DNA of 64,000 nt from Selaginella moellendorffii (GCF_000143415.4 NW_003314300.1:656825-720824); one strand, 5' to 3'. Positions 38,200 to 51,090 are shown, numbered from the stretch's first letter. The notes: generated from the sequence alone by a model not told the origin. Translations and numbers: made by a program.

Positions 38200-39000
38200 T
38201 GGCAAAATGCGCTATTGTTTTTGCTTGTCAAGGAACACTTCCATGTGGCTCTTTGGCAAGGTTGCCAAAGGTTTTCTCAATTTAATGGAGGATTTATTGG
38301 AATTGTCTCCATGCTCCTCACCTACAATTTCAGAAGTTTGCCAATTTCCATTGTTTTCATATTGTGTATGAGCTTGGATCATATGACATCCAGGTTTGGA
38401 AGAGATAAACAGATGAAATATCATTAAGCTCCTTGACCCAATGCTTGTACGATTAAGAGTGTACAATTTAAGGGTTTACTTATCCAGTTTTACAACTATC
38501 TGTCTGTGTATTCTCTTGATTCACTTGAAACAAATGTCCTTAGATGATACATGACTACCTGTAGCCCAAAAATTCTCCACCAGGCCCTTCATCAATTGCT
38601 GTACTCAATCACTCCTTCACTTATGACCACCTAGTGCCTATCTACCAGCTTCTGATCCTTATCATCTTCCTCCTTGCTCATGCAGCTGGTAGGTTTCTCC
38701 TATGAATCCCAAGAACATTTGCAAGAGTAGTGTTTGGAATGTTGTCACCACCAATGGTCATGGAAAGAATTGCTCTCTTTGCAACTAGATGATCGCATGA
38801 ACGTGCTCTCTTCATTAGTTGAAGCGATTGATGAATGTTGACGCACGTTTTCTTCTTAGAGTTGCTTGTCAAAACATTTTCTAGTAGACTAATTATTGGG
38901 CAAATCACTTTGTTGTGGCACGCTAGAAAGCTATGGATGATCAATGCTTTTGTATATGAATCATCCTGTCAAATAAGTCCCCTATAGCTTTGGCCTTTCT
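38200..39000 (-). mobile_element. Highly decayed coding remnant, possibly from a DNA transposon
   Basis: Broken ORFs (KRARSCDHLVAKRAIL...LANVLGIHRRNLPAA) with many stops. No terminal repeats identified. Confidence 0.3.
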
Positions 39001-39169
39001 TCTTACTTTTATCATACTCATATACTCATGATGAAGTATTCCCTACTTGATATAGGTGATCTTTGGTTTTATCATGATCACTTGAAGTAGTGGCCATCCT
39101 GAAGACAAATTAAGAACTTTGGTTAGATATGAAAGTAATTAGAAAAAATACTATAAATATCTTACGAGA

Positions 39170-39830
39170 TATGTGTTGTTGTTGCTACTACTTGTTGGTG
39201 CTTCTAGTTGCTGTTGCACCTCTTGCTTATTGCTGCTACTAAGCTCACTGGCCTAGAAGGAGTAGGGCTGTCAGGCATGATCCAGCTACTACTTGATAGG
39301 CACGATCTTATTGCTGCTAACTAATTGCTACTAGTGTTAAGGCTTGGCTGGTTGCTCCCTTGGTTGTTGCTACTACTGCAAATTGCTGCCACCGCTGCTT
39401 GCTATCCACTGCTACTGCTTCTTGCTGCCCTTGCCATTGGTGCTACTAGTGTTGCTACTTGCTGTTCCTACTGCTTTTTCTTGCTACTGCTGCCATTGTT
39501 GGTGTTGCTGCTTGCTGGCCCCGCTGTTGCTGTTGGTGCTATTTCTTGTTTGCCATCAATGCCGCTATTGCATATTGTTGCCACTACTATTGTTGCCCCT
39601 ACTGCTGTTGCTGTTGGTCCTGCTCTTTGCCACTAGTGTTGCTGTTGGTGCTACTAGTGCTGTTGCTTACTACCAATACTGCTTTGCTTGTCACACTGCT
39701 ATTGGTGTTGCTACTGGTGCTGGCGCTGCTCCTTGCTACCACCGCTATTGTTAGTGTTGATGCTTGCCCCACTATTGCTGCTACTTGCTACTTTCTACTG
39801 TTGCCTCGATCACACACTAAGATGCTCCAT
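39170..39830. repeat. Low-complexity GCT/GTT/ACT trinucleotide-like tract
   Basis: Degenerate (TGC/TGT/TAC)n repeats that produce spurious Leu/Ala/Cys-rich ORFs in all three + frames. Confidence 0.8.
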
Positions 39831-40329
39831 TCTAAACCATAGCCGAATCAATCCACAAATGTAAGCAAGGTGATGGTAAGTAGGAGGAGGGGAGGAGAAG
39901 AGGAGGATTGGGAAGATGAGCACTGCATATAAGTTGCCCCATGACAATGCTCCACACCTTTTCATAAGTGATAATCCAAGGAATTCCCAAGTTCATGAAA
40001 TTTAGAAAATTTCAAGTTTATGCAATCTAAGAAATATTCTCCCTTACCAAATCAATAAGCAATCAATGCATGTTTCTGTGTTTTTAGGCATTGCCTGAGG
40101 TGGTGATGTGGCTTGCTATATGGTTCCTGTAGGTTGAGGTAAACAAGAACCAAGTAAGCCTTAGTTTATGTTTGTTTCAACTTACTTAGTGCATTTTTAA
40201 ATGTAGAGTAGCATTTGGGGGAATATTAATTTTTTATTTCATCACTTCCCAAGTAGCCATTAGTTTTTCATTAGCTTTTGTTGTTCTCCATTAAGATTTA
40301 GCATAGTTTTCCATATAGGACCTTTTCTA

Positions 40330-40983
40330 AATTTGAAAATTGCAACACTAAACCTCTATATTGTAAAATTAATTTTCCACCACCCTATAGTTATTAACTC
40401 TTTGGAGGTTTCCTTATTGAAATCCTCCTCATGTAAGGATTTTTTATCAACTGATTTTTATTTGACTAAAAGCTTCATCTTTGTAAGTAATTTAATGTTA
40501 ATCTTTGCTCGTTTATGCTTTATCTTAGCCATCTTCTAGTGATTTGCCTTTATCCTTCATTATAACTGAGAAAATGGCTTTGATACCAAATTGTAAACCA
40601 TAATTTTTTTTTTCAATTTGTCAATTTACCTTGCCTTTCTGACCACCTTTACATTAGCCATAATTACATTATTAATATCCACTTCTATTGTATTAGCTCT
40701 TATTTAGTTCTATCTGGTTTCAATAACTCACGACACAAGTTACAAAGTGTGAGCCATTTCTTCATGGATTCCACTCCATCTGATTTCTTTTCTGAAGTAT
40801 CTTTTGAACATTTCCTTAAAGGGCCTCCCTAGCAAGTTTAGCAAATGTTGGGCAACATATTTATAAGCTGAAGTTGGTGGTAAAGATGCTTTGAAGTCAC
40901 TCTTAAAAAGAAACTCATGAGAGATCATGTAGAAAGCTCTAGAAAGTGGCAAACCTAAGGAAAAAAGGACCTAAAAAATCACA
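40330..40983 (-). mobile_element. LTR-retrotransposon relic: tRNA-Met primer-binding site plus probable 5' LTR
   Basis: Minus strand reads ...TTTACA-att-TGGTATCAAAGCC (40576-40588), an LTR end followed by the PBS (consensus TGGTATCAGAGC). Candidate LTR 40592-40983 (TG...CA); the outer boundary is uncertain. Confidence 0.6.
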
Positions 40984-41589
40984 GCGTTCCACAAAAGCAT
41001 CTAGAGATCTTGCGAGGGTTAGGTCTCCTGGAGCTCGCAAGAGGGCAGGGAGGTTCTTAACTCTCCATCAGGCCCATTCCCCCATCCATCACATAAGGTC
41101 GTAGGATAACCTTACAGTTTTGAGGCCTAGGTCATGATCCGACATTAGAATGCCCTCCATAAAAATGTGAAGCGTCATTGGGTGGTATAAGTTTTCTACT
41201 CACTGTTGTGGACCATAGTGCATGACCCACTCAAGTGCCAGAGCAACATAACACTTCATCTTTGTACATCTGCTTCTTAATGTCCTGAGAATGCTCTACT
41301 ACTATGTTCTCATAAGTTGAGATGGGGTAGTATATACCCACACTGGCAACAGCTAAGAGAGAAGGTTTTTCAGCCAGCAAGCACACTTTTAATGCCTAAT
41401 TGATGCACAAAAGCCACAAAATGACTCCTCATGACCAAAAAAAAAGGTGGAGGCACAGCACTGTAAGGCCTTCTACTTAATCCAGTCACAACCTCCATAT
41501 TGGGCAAATGTGGTGAAAGTGGCTGGCTCTAGAGGAGCTGTGCATGATGTCTTCAGCTATGCATTGCCAACACCCCTATACCACATCCC

Positions 41590-41735
41590 AAAGACATGAT
41601 CGAGGACATTGGCTGCAATCCAGCGACTAAGAAAGAGCTCGACCAGCTTCTCGCTTTCTTTGTGATGGTGACGAAGCAGGAGCACATCATGAATGTGGTG
41701 CTGGCATCCTCGGAGAACTTCTTTGGGACTTGGCT
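41590..41735 (+). pseudogene. Possible relic of a P-loop (archaeal-ATPase/STAND-like) domain
   Basis: With one frameshift it reads KKELDQLLAF/VMVTKQEHIMNVVLASSENFFGTWL, similar to the LLxxFVxxTKQExxxHVxLAxSxxFFxxWL segment of ATPase_2-type proteins (recalled). No Walker A seen. Confidence 0.3.
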
Positions 41736-42189
41736 TGCGGGCTACATAGGCAGCCTCCGAGCGGACACATCATAGTAAGTAGAGAAGAGGCATTGCTAGA
41801 TTGCCCGCCCCCGCCCCCACCCCCCCGACTGAAGCTGCTGATGGGCTCGAGGTTAGACCACATAAGCCCCTCTTCCACCACTAAAAGCCAGCCCTCTAGC
41901 TCCTCTAACCCAATTGTGCCTCAGTTGGAAAGTCAAGTAGCAAAAACGAGCCAGATGTTCACTCCCAGATGACAAGAGTGAGAGACATAATAGAGACGAT
42001 AAGAGTTTGTACCGTAAGAACTCTAAACCATGCTACCAGTATATCCCCAAAACATTATTTTCAAGGATAACCAAGTGGAACTGGAGCAACAACTTCAACT
42101 TTGCGTCTTACAACTTCAAGGACAATGCACTCATAATTTGTTGGTACTGCTTTCTTCTACAGGCTGCTGCTGCTTTGTTTCCCAGGCTT

Positions 42190-42890
42190 ACAGATCATAG
42201 CCCGGTCAATTACTTGTCCGGCTTGGGCCTGCTTTGCTCGCTGAAAAGGACATCTTTGCTGGCCAAAGAGTACTTTAATTAGAGATTTTTATTGGTTCTA
42301 AACCTGAAATTAAGAGTTTATTTTGTCTACAACCAAGTGACCAAAGAGTTTTGTCTGAAATTCTTCCTGTGAAATATTTTTTTTGCAGCAGCGCCTACAC
42401 CAAGCAAGAGCTCCTCGCGCATCACATGGGCTACGAGCAAACATGGAAGTTCTCATGGATTGCCGCAACCCCCTCTTTGCGAAAGGCCTTACATCACTGG
42501 GGACAGCCTTGGAGGAGCTCTGGCGGTGGTGTTTTGGACGCCATGAGGTGGACGAAATTTTGGTTCTTAACTCAATGTACTCTGAAACGGAGATTGATAT
42601 CGTCAAAGGGAACCTGCAGACAATGTAAACTAGGGTTCAAAGCTTTGTTTTTCTGCGAGTGCTGTCGTGGGTATTTTCGTTGAGACATGGCTTTGGTGTT
42701 TTGTTCCTTGCAGATCATAGCCCTGAATGCCGTCCGGCTTGGGCTCGGCATCTTTGACGATGGCCAAATCTTTAACCCAACACACTTGTTTTTTTGGTTC
42801 TAAACCGGTGTTATCAAGAGATTTTGTCTGACTTTGCTTTTCAGAAGTAAAGAGTTTTGCCTGAAATTCTTCCTTTGAAATATTTTTTTG
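42190..42890. repeat. Diverged direct repeat (~42190-42385 vs ~42711-42890)
   Basis: CAGATCATAGCCC..GTCCGGCTTGGG..CATCTTTG..TGGCCAAA..TTGGTTCTAAACC..AAAGAGTTTTG.CTGAAATTCTTCCT.TGAAATATTTTTTT appears twice, ~520 bp apart. Confidence 0.7.
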
Positions 42891-43069
42891 TCTTGTGATA
42901 ATTTTATTAACTTTTGAATGAGTTACTAATAATTTTATTCAGTGAATATTACCAATAAATCTTTCTCCTTGTATATTTCTTGGCGGGTGCAGAAAGACTT
43001 GAATAGTCAGTCATACCCAGGCATTATATAGCTTACACAGCCCTGGAGAAACATAGAAGAAGATCCATC

Positions 43070-44110
43070 ATGGAGCCTCCTCTATCCTTAGCATTTTTGA
43101 GGGCGCCAAAAGCTTTTACATACCACCGCACAGCTCTTATCATGTTGATTTGAATCCTGCTTATGATGCAAAGTTGGATGCTGAAGTTGACAAATGGTGT
43201 ATGGATTTTTTAAACCTGCATGATCTCACTGATCACAAGACTCAGTTTGTCATTCAGAGCAAGCTTGGAAAACTTGCAGGCTTTGCATACCAAGCCATTT
43301 CTTCAGAGAGATTGATTCCCATGGCAAAATTCTTGTGCTGGTTCTTTCTTGCAGATGATTTTATGGACGATCCTTCTGTCCCTGTCTCTGACCTGAAGAA
43401 TGCCACACTTGCAGCTCATCTTTAAAAACGACTATGATCAAGCGCTAACTCTGGTGAAAAGTAAAGACCTACTGCGGCAAATGGGGATGCTTAACGATGT
43501 CTACACTGATCTAAAGGGTTTCATGAAGCCTGGACATAAGACCCGGTTTTCGAATTCCATGATTGATGTGCTCGACATGTTTGAGGTGGAATCAAGTTGG
43601 CTTCACAAGAAACTGGTTCCCAACTTTGAGATTTATATGTGGATGAGGGAGGTAACGGCTGGGGTTATCCCTTGCATGGTGGCAATAGACTTCCTTAATA
43701 ATTTTGGGCTGGAAGAGGAAGGAATGCTAGACGATCTCCATATTCAAACGCTGGAAGTGATTGCAAATCGCCATTCGTTCCTAGCCAACGACATGGTCTC
43801 CTTCAAAAAGGAATGGGCTTGTGAACAGTACCTCAATTCTGTGGCACTGGTTGGTTACAGTAGCAACTGTGGCTTAAACGAGGCAATGGAGAAAGTTGCA
43901 GAAATGGTTCAGGATTTGGAGAAAGAGTTTGCTGACATCAAACAAAAGGTTCTGTCAAACAAGGACTTGAACAAGGGAAATGTCATGGGGTATGTGCAAG
44001 GCTTGGAGTATTTCATGGCTGGAAATATAGAGTTTAGCTGGCTCTCTGCGAGATATCATGGGGTGGGATGGGTTTCACCAGCTGAGAAATATGGTACCTT
44101 GGAGTTCTAG
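43070..44110 (+). pseudogene. MTPSL: Microbial terpene synthase-like (MTPSL) gene, intronless, two frameshifts
   Basis: LNPAYDAKLDAEVDKWC, WFFLADDFMDD (DDxxD), NDMVSFKKE (NSE/DTE), WLSARYHG (RY pair). TATA-like TATATA at ~43025. Frame breaks right after the ATG (ATG GA GCC) and at ~43413 (NATLA/LIFKN). Confidence 0.88.
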
Positions 44111-44301
44111 TTTGCTTCTACTTGCATTAGATGCTGGTGCTTAAAATAACACTGATGGACAATAATATTTTGAATTTCTCATACAACTGTTGAGTAATAT
44201 ATTTTCATTTCTGTCTCCACTTTTTTCTTTCAGTACTAGACATTTACTTTTTGATACAACAAAAGCTTAAGTCTAGCAAAAAAGAGAGAGAGAGAACTGC
44301 G

Positions 44302-47300
44302 TTAGGAATTTCCAGAGCTTACTTGGAGACTGGCAAGCATCTTCAGAGCCGCGTCTATCTTTGCAGATTTCCTCGGCTTCTCCTGGGAAGTTTCCACAAG
44401 TGATTCTTCTCCAAAAGTCACCCTTACTTCAGTCGTGGTCGCCTCTGTCCGGAAGAAACTGACTGTCATGCCTTTTCTCGCGCAAAGCTCCATGAGAATG
44501 CGCACAGGATGGAAACGCAGCGTCGCTGGAGTGACCAGAGGCGATAACAAAGGGCAGCACCACTCTCCACAACCTCTCCAAATCGAAGTTAGTGTCCACA
44601 AATATGGCACCGGTTATGCTTTCAAGTAAGTCTCCAAGCACCTGAGAAAAGAGAGGCCAGAATGTAGAGAAGACCACCGGAATATGTGTACGTACCTTTG
44701 GGGCCGACAAGTCTTCGAAGCATGAAGCGTCTGGTTTTTCCTTCACGTTTTGCACGAACTTTCGGATCTCGCAGTCAAGTTCCACCGAGCCATGCTGAAG
44801 ATGCTGATGTAAGCCGTGCCTCACAACCAGCCGAGCAAACCATTTGTTGTTCACGGCTGCAGACCGCAAGTCAGTGAGTGTTCCTGGAGGTAATCCTGGA
44901 TGAGTCTCGAAGAGGTGGCGGGATACAAGGAAGTCCAGGACGCCATCGCCAAGGAACTCTAGCCTCTGTATTTGTTTTCGATTAGAAAAAAAGCCAAGCT
45001 GATAAACCAAGGAACTTACCTGATAGCAGAGCAAGCAGTTCGGTTGAGATGCGTGAGTTATAGCTTCCACCAAGAGGCTCCTGTTTTGAAATTTATACTG
45101 CAGCTTATGCTCTAAAGACTCCAACGAGGCCTGGAGATGTTGAAACGATTCAGCCGGCAGGGAAGCTTGGCGAGCCGAGGCAAGCAAGCCTATGTCGAAT
45201 TCTATGTCAATGTCGAGCTGTTTCATAAGCTCCATGGCGCTCGGAGGTCCAGAGGTGGCCAAGTATGCACCGATAAGGGCCTCTACAACGTCGGCGAGAG
45301 CTTTCCTTCGAATCCCCCGATGGCCGCTCGCACAAGATGAAAAATAATTTTCCTCGTTTTCAAAGCTCCCCTGCTGGTGCCTACATTTTGATGAATCAGA
45401 GGTAAGCATGCCCGGGCCAGTCCAGTTGGAAGGATTGAATTCTTCGTCTCGTATGTATTCCTGCAAGGCAAAGTCAAACATTTACACTACAGGAAGAAAG
45501 ATCGCGCATACCGCAATGCCAGATGATTTTGCCAACTGATATAGCGCTGCATTGCAAGTAGCGCGAGACCTTCTCGCACTGAGCTGGCCTTCGTGTTTCT
45601 TATCGTAGACCAGGAACAGCTTTTGAGTCACGACGTATTTGAGAAACGAGTCCCCTAGAAGCTCCAAACTCTCATATGAGAACTCTTCGTGACATTTTTT
45701 GCTGGTAATTGCTTCGAGGATCTGGAAAACCATCTCACCACTAAGATGCATTTTCAAGGATAAAGATGAATACCTTCGCTGCAGGAATCCATGGCCACAG
45801 TGGTGAGCGCAACTGTATGGCACAGACGGTCGAAGTAAACCGGTGAAGAAACGAAGGGACGAAGTATAGCGATCGAATTAGTCCGGACTTAATCTCTAGG
45901 CACAGGCACAACTCAGGTGGTAGCTCTACAAAACTTTCTTCTTGTCTAGAACCTGCAACATAAACTCCAACACTATAAATTGTAATTTCTAAGCAAATAT
46001 CGAGTTTTCACCATGATCACCTTCTTGTTCCTTGGGTCTTATGAGGAGATTATGAAAAGCATGCGTAGGCTTGGCTTTCAGCAATGGCTGCTCTGGAAGC
46101 CGTAACGTCCTTTGATACCTGCAAAAACGTGAGCTTGGTGAGAGAATGTAGGCACAGGCTGCGATAGACGCTCACTTGTCTTTGTAATAATCTATGTACG
46201 TGAAGCCTCTCTTCGGTAGTAGTGATGCCGCAGTAAAATTCTCTAGAACCCCTGTGACACAGAAAAGCCTGCCATTGTGCACGGTAGCTACGACCATGTC
46301 CTGGAGCGCAGAAGAATGTACGTAGCCATTGGCAGTGCAGAGCATGTCCGCGTGCGTCTTCTCCCCCACACCATCCCCATCCATTGGAGAAGATGGTGAG
46401 AAATTACTACAAAGTGTCCTGTATACCCACGCAGTCGCATGAACACTCGTCCAATCAATACTATCGTTGTCATCATGCACAGGTAGCACAAGAAACGCTT
46501 GAGATTTGTCCCAGAGGATTTCTTGAGGACTTCCCGAGCAGCGTGCCAAACGGTTGAAAGCTCCGTTGAGCAGTAGCTCTTGATATGCCTTGGCTGCCTT
46601 TACCTGTATCAGAAGAAAGACGTGCCTTTATCAATCGTGTCTCCTATTCTTAATGAACAAAATCCTTCGTACCTGATTGGCATCCAGCTGAATTGGCCCG
46701 ACGCGATGTACTCTAGCGTTGACAACTCTATTTCTTGAGAACAGGGTCACTTCAGAATCGGTTACTTCTGCGTCAATGACGCAATTTACCAGAAATCCAA
46801 AGTTTGAGTATGTTCGTGATTCAGGTGGCTCAACCACGAAGCAGATTTTATAAAACTGCAACTGCACCCCTGACTCGTTAAACACCCAGCTTCCCTCGAA
46901 AATGAGTGGCTTTGCAGTCGAGAAGATCTCCTTGCGTTTTCCTACAATCCACGCGTCATTAATGGCCTTGCAAATTTAATAGACTAGTCGAATACCTGAT
47001 TCATTCTTCCGCATCGGCTGGTCTTCTTCATCGAAATCGTCAACATCTGGGCAAAGCGTGTCACGTCTAACTTCTCCCATGTCATAAAGTTTCCGGCATG
47101 CTTGCAAACACGCTGCTTTTTTCGCGAGCTGTTCTGTACGTCTTAGAGGACCTTCTACTGAACGCAGAGGAGCGTTGGGTGGAAATTCCACAGTGCAGAC
47201 GAACGAATCTTTGAACGAAAACTTTGGTTTTGCATTGTAGTACCTGCGGCACAGAAGATAAGCATAAGAGAGATAGACGAAAGAAATACCTGTCACCAAG

Positions 47301-49620
47301 ACGAGCACAATACTCGTGAATGAAGCTCACGCTGTCCTGCGAACTTTTACAAGCACCTGATTCCACACGGAAAAACTCCAGGTCACCTTCTGGAGGTGCC
47401 TCTCTCGTAATATCCATATAATTTCGGAAGATTACTTGATCTTCCACCACTCTTTCGCTTGTACACAACTGGTTGAACAGGTTCAGCTGCTCTACATTCC
47501 CCCTGTACGTATCAGATCCATGTTTAGAATGCAATTACAAAGGACGAACTATTTACGTTTCCAGAAGCCATACGTAAGTTGATAATAGGTTTCGAGCACG
47601 TCCTCGGGATTGAACATGGCTTCGCAAAGTTTGGCATACGTCAAATCTGATTACAGCGCAGCATGCCTGGACATCAAGACCTTCTTCTGCAACTGAGGTC
47701 GCTATTAGCAGATTAAGCTACAAGATATACAAGGAACGTTACACATAAAAAAGCATAAGAACTACCAACCTTGCCACCTGCAAAAGAGTGTAGAACCTCC
47801 TGCTGCTGGGTTGGATTTCTTGCATCCGTATCACGCACACCAGTCATATAATCACAACGGAGATGAGAAAGAAACGAAAGCCCAGATATGAGCTTGGCTA
47901 AGGCCATGGCCACAATCACACGTTCCACAAAGACAATGCAACGCATGTTTGTCATGCCCCTGAAAATGATTTAAGCAAAACTTTCAGGGAGGGCACAACT
48001 AACCTCAATCTTTCAAGCACATCCAATAGTACCAGTACTTTCGGGCTTAATGTTCCTGAAGTCATTTCCTCTAAGGTCGGATAAGAGCGCGAAGATACTG
48101 ATTGTGTGTTTGAACGGTTTAGACAAACAAAAACAAAAACAGAAAAGAAAAGAAAAGAAAAGAGAGATACGAACCTTGAGAAAACCTTGGTATTGAAGAA
48201 ACATTTTGTAAGAAACGCTCTTTCAAGCTCGTTTTCACCTCCTCCTCCTCCAACGAGACATCTGGCTTCCATTTTAAATGAAAAGTACTTTTGTTGCGAC
48301 TCTTGAGTATCTCCACTGCCTGCAGAAGTACACATTTCTAACACAACACATACGTTATGTGATTACCAGAAGCGCAGGTAGAAGGCCCAGGTCTACGAGG
48401 CAGTGGTTTATGCTCAGAAGAAGTCTGTCAATAGATTTGTTTATTTTGTTCTGCTGCTCATATTCGCTACAGTTACACGCAGCTTCAGAATTTAGCTGTA
48501 GTTCAAAGTGAGAAATAAGAATTAAATAAAAATTTAGGGGGAACTTACGCGGTCTTTTAGTATTTCTAGATCAGTTTGTATACTGGAGAAGCTTTGTTTC
48601 GGTCTGTCATAGTACTCCTTATATTGTGTCGGATTCGGATAATACTCTTCTATTTCGGACTTATCTTCCACTGTGTACACCTAACCATGACGTGAGAAAA
48701 AGTCATTCTCCAACATATAACTAAAACCTTGGCATCCAGAATGCTTTCTAAGACCGTTAATTTACAATTGCAGTCATAACTTGATGATACACCTGAAATA
48801 TTTCCTCGAGTAAGAGTTATAAACAGGAAACACAGAAACAACACTGTTACGGCACCTTTCTGAATAACAGGAGAAGCTGTCATTCCAAATATCTTTGGCT
48901 TTGATTTGAGACAAGAAACGTGGTAGTGCGTCTGGTTGTAAAGCAGAATAAGAAACAGGCCACAGACGAAAGATTTCACCTTCATAATCAGCGCGTATGG
49001 ATGATTCTTGTGGGCGTGATGACACTCGTCCATGACAAGGATTTCCACAAACTCGAGCTTCAGCGCAGAAGTCCCGAGCGCATTTAAAAACACCTGAGGC
49101 GTCATCACCAGAACCTGTAGACAAAATCCATAAGAAAACAACGAAAAGATTGTGATCGAAGACGCTCACTTGATGAGAATCCACCTCCGCCTGCCATTGC
49201 TTGACGCTCCAAGAATCGACTCCTTTGTCACCGTAGTAGTCACCGACCTTGAGCACCGTAAAGGATTCTATAGCTCGAGCTTGCTATTAAAGAAGAAGAG
49301 CAAAAAAGTTACAGTCTAAAGAATTGGAGAACTCGCGAAGAAGAACAGTACCTGGATCACCAAATTCACCGTTGGTGCTAGAAACACCGCAATTCGCTTC
49401 TCCTGGGGCATGGACAGCCTGTCCTCGAAGCTCTGGATGAGCATGATCGCGATCATCGTCTTCCCCGTTCCAGTGCCGAGATTGACGATGATATTCTCCT
49501 TCAATGCCCTCTGGAACACATCTTTCTGGTAGCTGCAACGCGAATCAGGTAGAATGTAGGCTACTAGATCGTCTCTTACCCGCGCGGGATCATCGTCTTG
49601 GCCCGCTTCGCGCAATCCAT
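44302..49620 (-). CDS. DCL: Dicer-like RNase III (DCL3-like by RNase IIIa context): DExH helicase, DUF283, PAZ, RNase IIIa/b, one dsRBD; +1 frameshift near 44553
   Basis: MDCAKRAKTMIPR/YQ, NLGTGTGKT, DECHHA, GMTASP, TSVAEEGLDV, VQSRGRAR, ESLELLGDSFLK, ALADVVEALIGA, QRLEFLGDGVLD, LGDLLESITGAIFVD, HPVRILMELC...AAL. Confidence 0.92.
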
Positions 49621-49909
49621 GACGCCAAAAACCCCTGTCTGAAAAGCCCTAGCCTAGTGCCAAACAACTTTGCCTTTAAAATGGGTTTTTAATTTTGTTT
49701 CGTGCTCGCCAAGGAAAAAAGAACCAGCCAATGGTGGCGATCATCGATCGATCATCTTCTCTCTCTCTCTCTCTCTCTCTCACTCCTGGTCTTGGGCACC
49801 ACTAGAAAATCTACAGGGCATAAGAGCTTTCTTTTGTACAAATTTGGAGGAGACCCTCTCCCTCTCTCTCCCTCGAGACGATCGTTTGATAGAGGCGGTA
49901 TCAAATCGA

Positions 49910-51090
49910 TCACCTGGTGCTGACGCGAAGAATCGGCTGCGCCACCGCGGGAGTGAGGATGCTGGAACAAAACTCCTCCCAGGATTTCTGGTTTTGATCG
50001 TCGGAGTCACTGCCACTGCTGCTGCTGCTCGTCTCGGAGAGATTGGAGCTCACGTCCGGCTGTTGCTGGAAGGCCGAGTGGAGCTCCACCACCAACTTAC
50101 GAGCGGATTCGCGAGCCTCGGGGAGCTGGTCGATGAGCTGCGCAGCGGCGATTTGCATCAAAGCTTCCAATCCGTAGTCCCTGATGCCTTCGGCGCCCTG
50201 GAGGAAACAAGGAAAATGTGAGAAACTTTTGATCGAATCCATGAAGATCTCGAGCAACTTACGAGTTTGGCGACGCTCTTGGAGATACATGTTGCCGACT
50301 TTGCACGGACGCGGGGGTTCTTGTGCGTCGTATACGGCTGGAGCTTGTGGATCAAAGAGACGGGCGATATCCAGGTAGTCATTCCCAAGAGAGCCTTTTC
50401 GGCTTCCTCGCAAACGAATTTCTTGTCTTGTGATGCTTTGAGCAATAGTTGGAGCAACTGGATCACAGAAAAAAATAAAGGACCAAAAGCTTAGAACCAG
50501 TATGAAACTATCTGCCTATGCATGGCGAGAAGGGAAAAAAAAGAGGGCAAGGAGAAAAAAAGTACCAGAGGATCGAGCATTTCGAGCACTTGATCTTGAA
50601 ACGCCTGGAACAAATCCGAGCATGCCATAATCGCCGTCTTGCACAGCGCGCTGCGAGGATTCTTCACGGCCTTCAAGACTAGGGTCATGACATTCTCCCT
50701 GCGGCGGCGGCATCGATCATCAATCCACCAGTCCGAAATATCAGATCTAGAACCACTCACAGCACGGGGAGGAGCAAATCCGACTGGAAGATGGAGATCT
50801 GGCGCACTTGATTCAGCGCCGCGCACACGGTGAGCCAATCTCCGGAGCCGAGCCTTGCTGCCAGGGTCTGCCACCAGCAATGCCGTGAGCAAGAATGCAC
50901 ATCCCCATAGATCTGCGCCATAGAACCCTACCTTGAGCTGCGTCTCGGGATCTTTGAGCGGCTTGAGATCCCTGGAAAGAATGTACTCCACTTCTTGCAC
51001 TGGCGGCCGATTCTCATCGTTGATCTTGCCTAGAACCGCTGGCGCTTGCTGCTGCTGCTGATTCTTCTTGACGATTCCTCCAGCCATCAT
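49910..51090 (-). CDS. TOG/CLASP_N-like HEAT/ARM repeat protein (FAM179/TOGARAM-like)
   Basis: VEYILSRDLKPLKDP, DWLTVCAALNQVRQISIF, VKNPRSALCKTAIMA, LLLKASQDKKFVCEEAEKAL, HKNPRVRAK, DQLPEARESAR. Confidence 0.88.

Noticed and set aside
39325-39842. Hydrophobic/Cys-rich ORFs as membrane proteins
   Set aside because: They are artefacts of the low-complexity trinucleotide tract, which is open in all three frames.
43400-44110. 236-aa ORF as a functional terpene synthase
   Set aside because: Its ATG arises from a frameshift. It lacks DDxxD, which lies in the upstream ORF.
49757-49781. (CT)n and (TA)n microsatellites (also ~30058, ~57723)
   Set aside because: Ordinary simple repeats with no evidence of special function.
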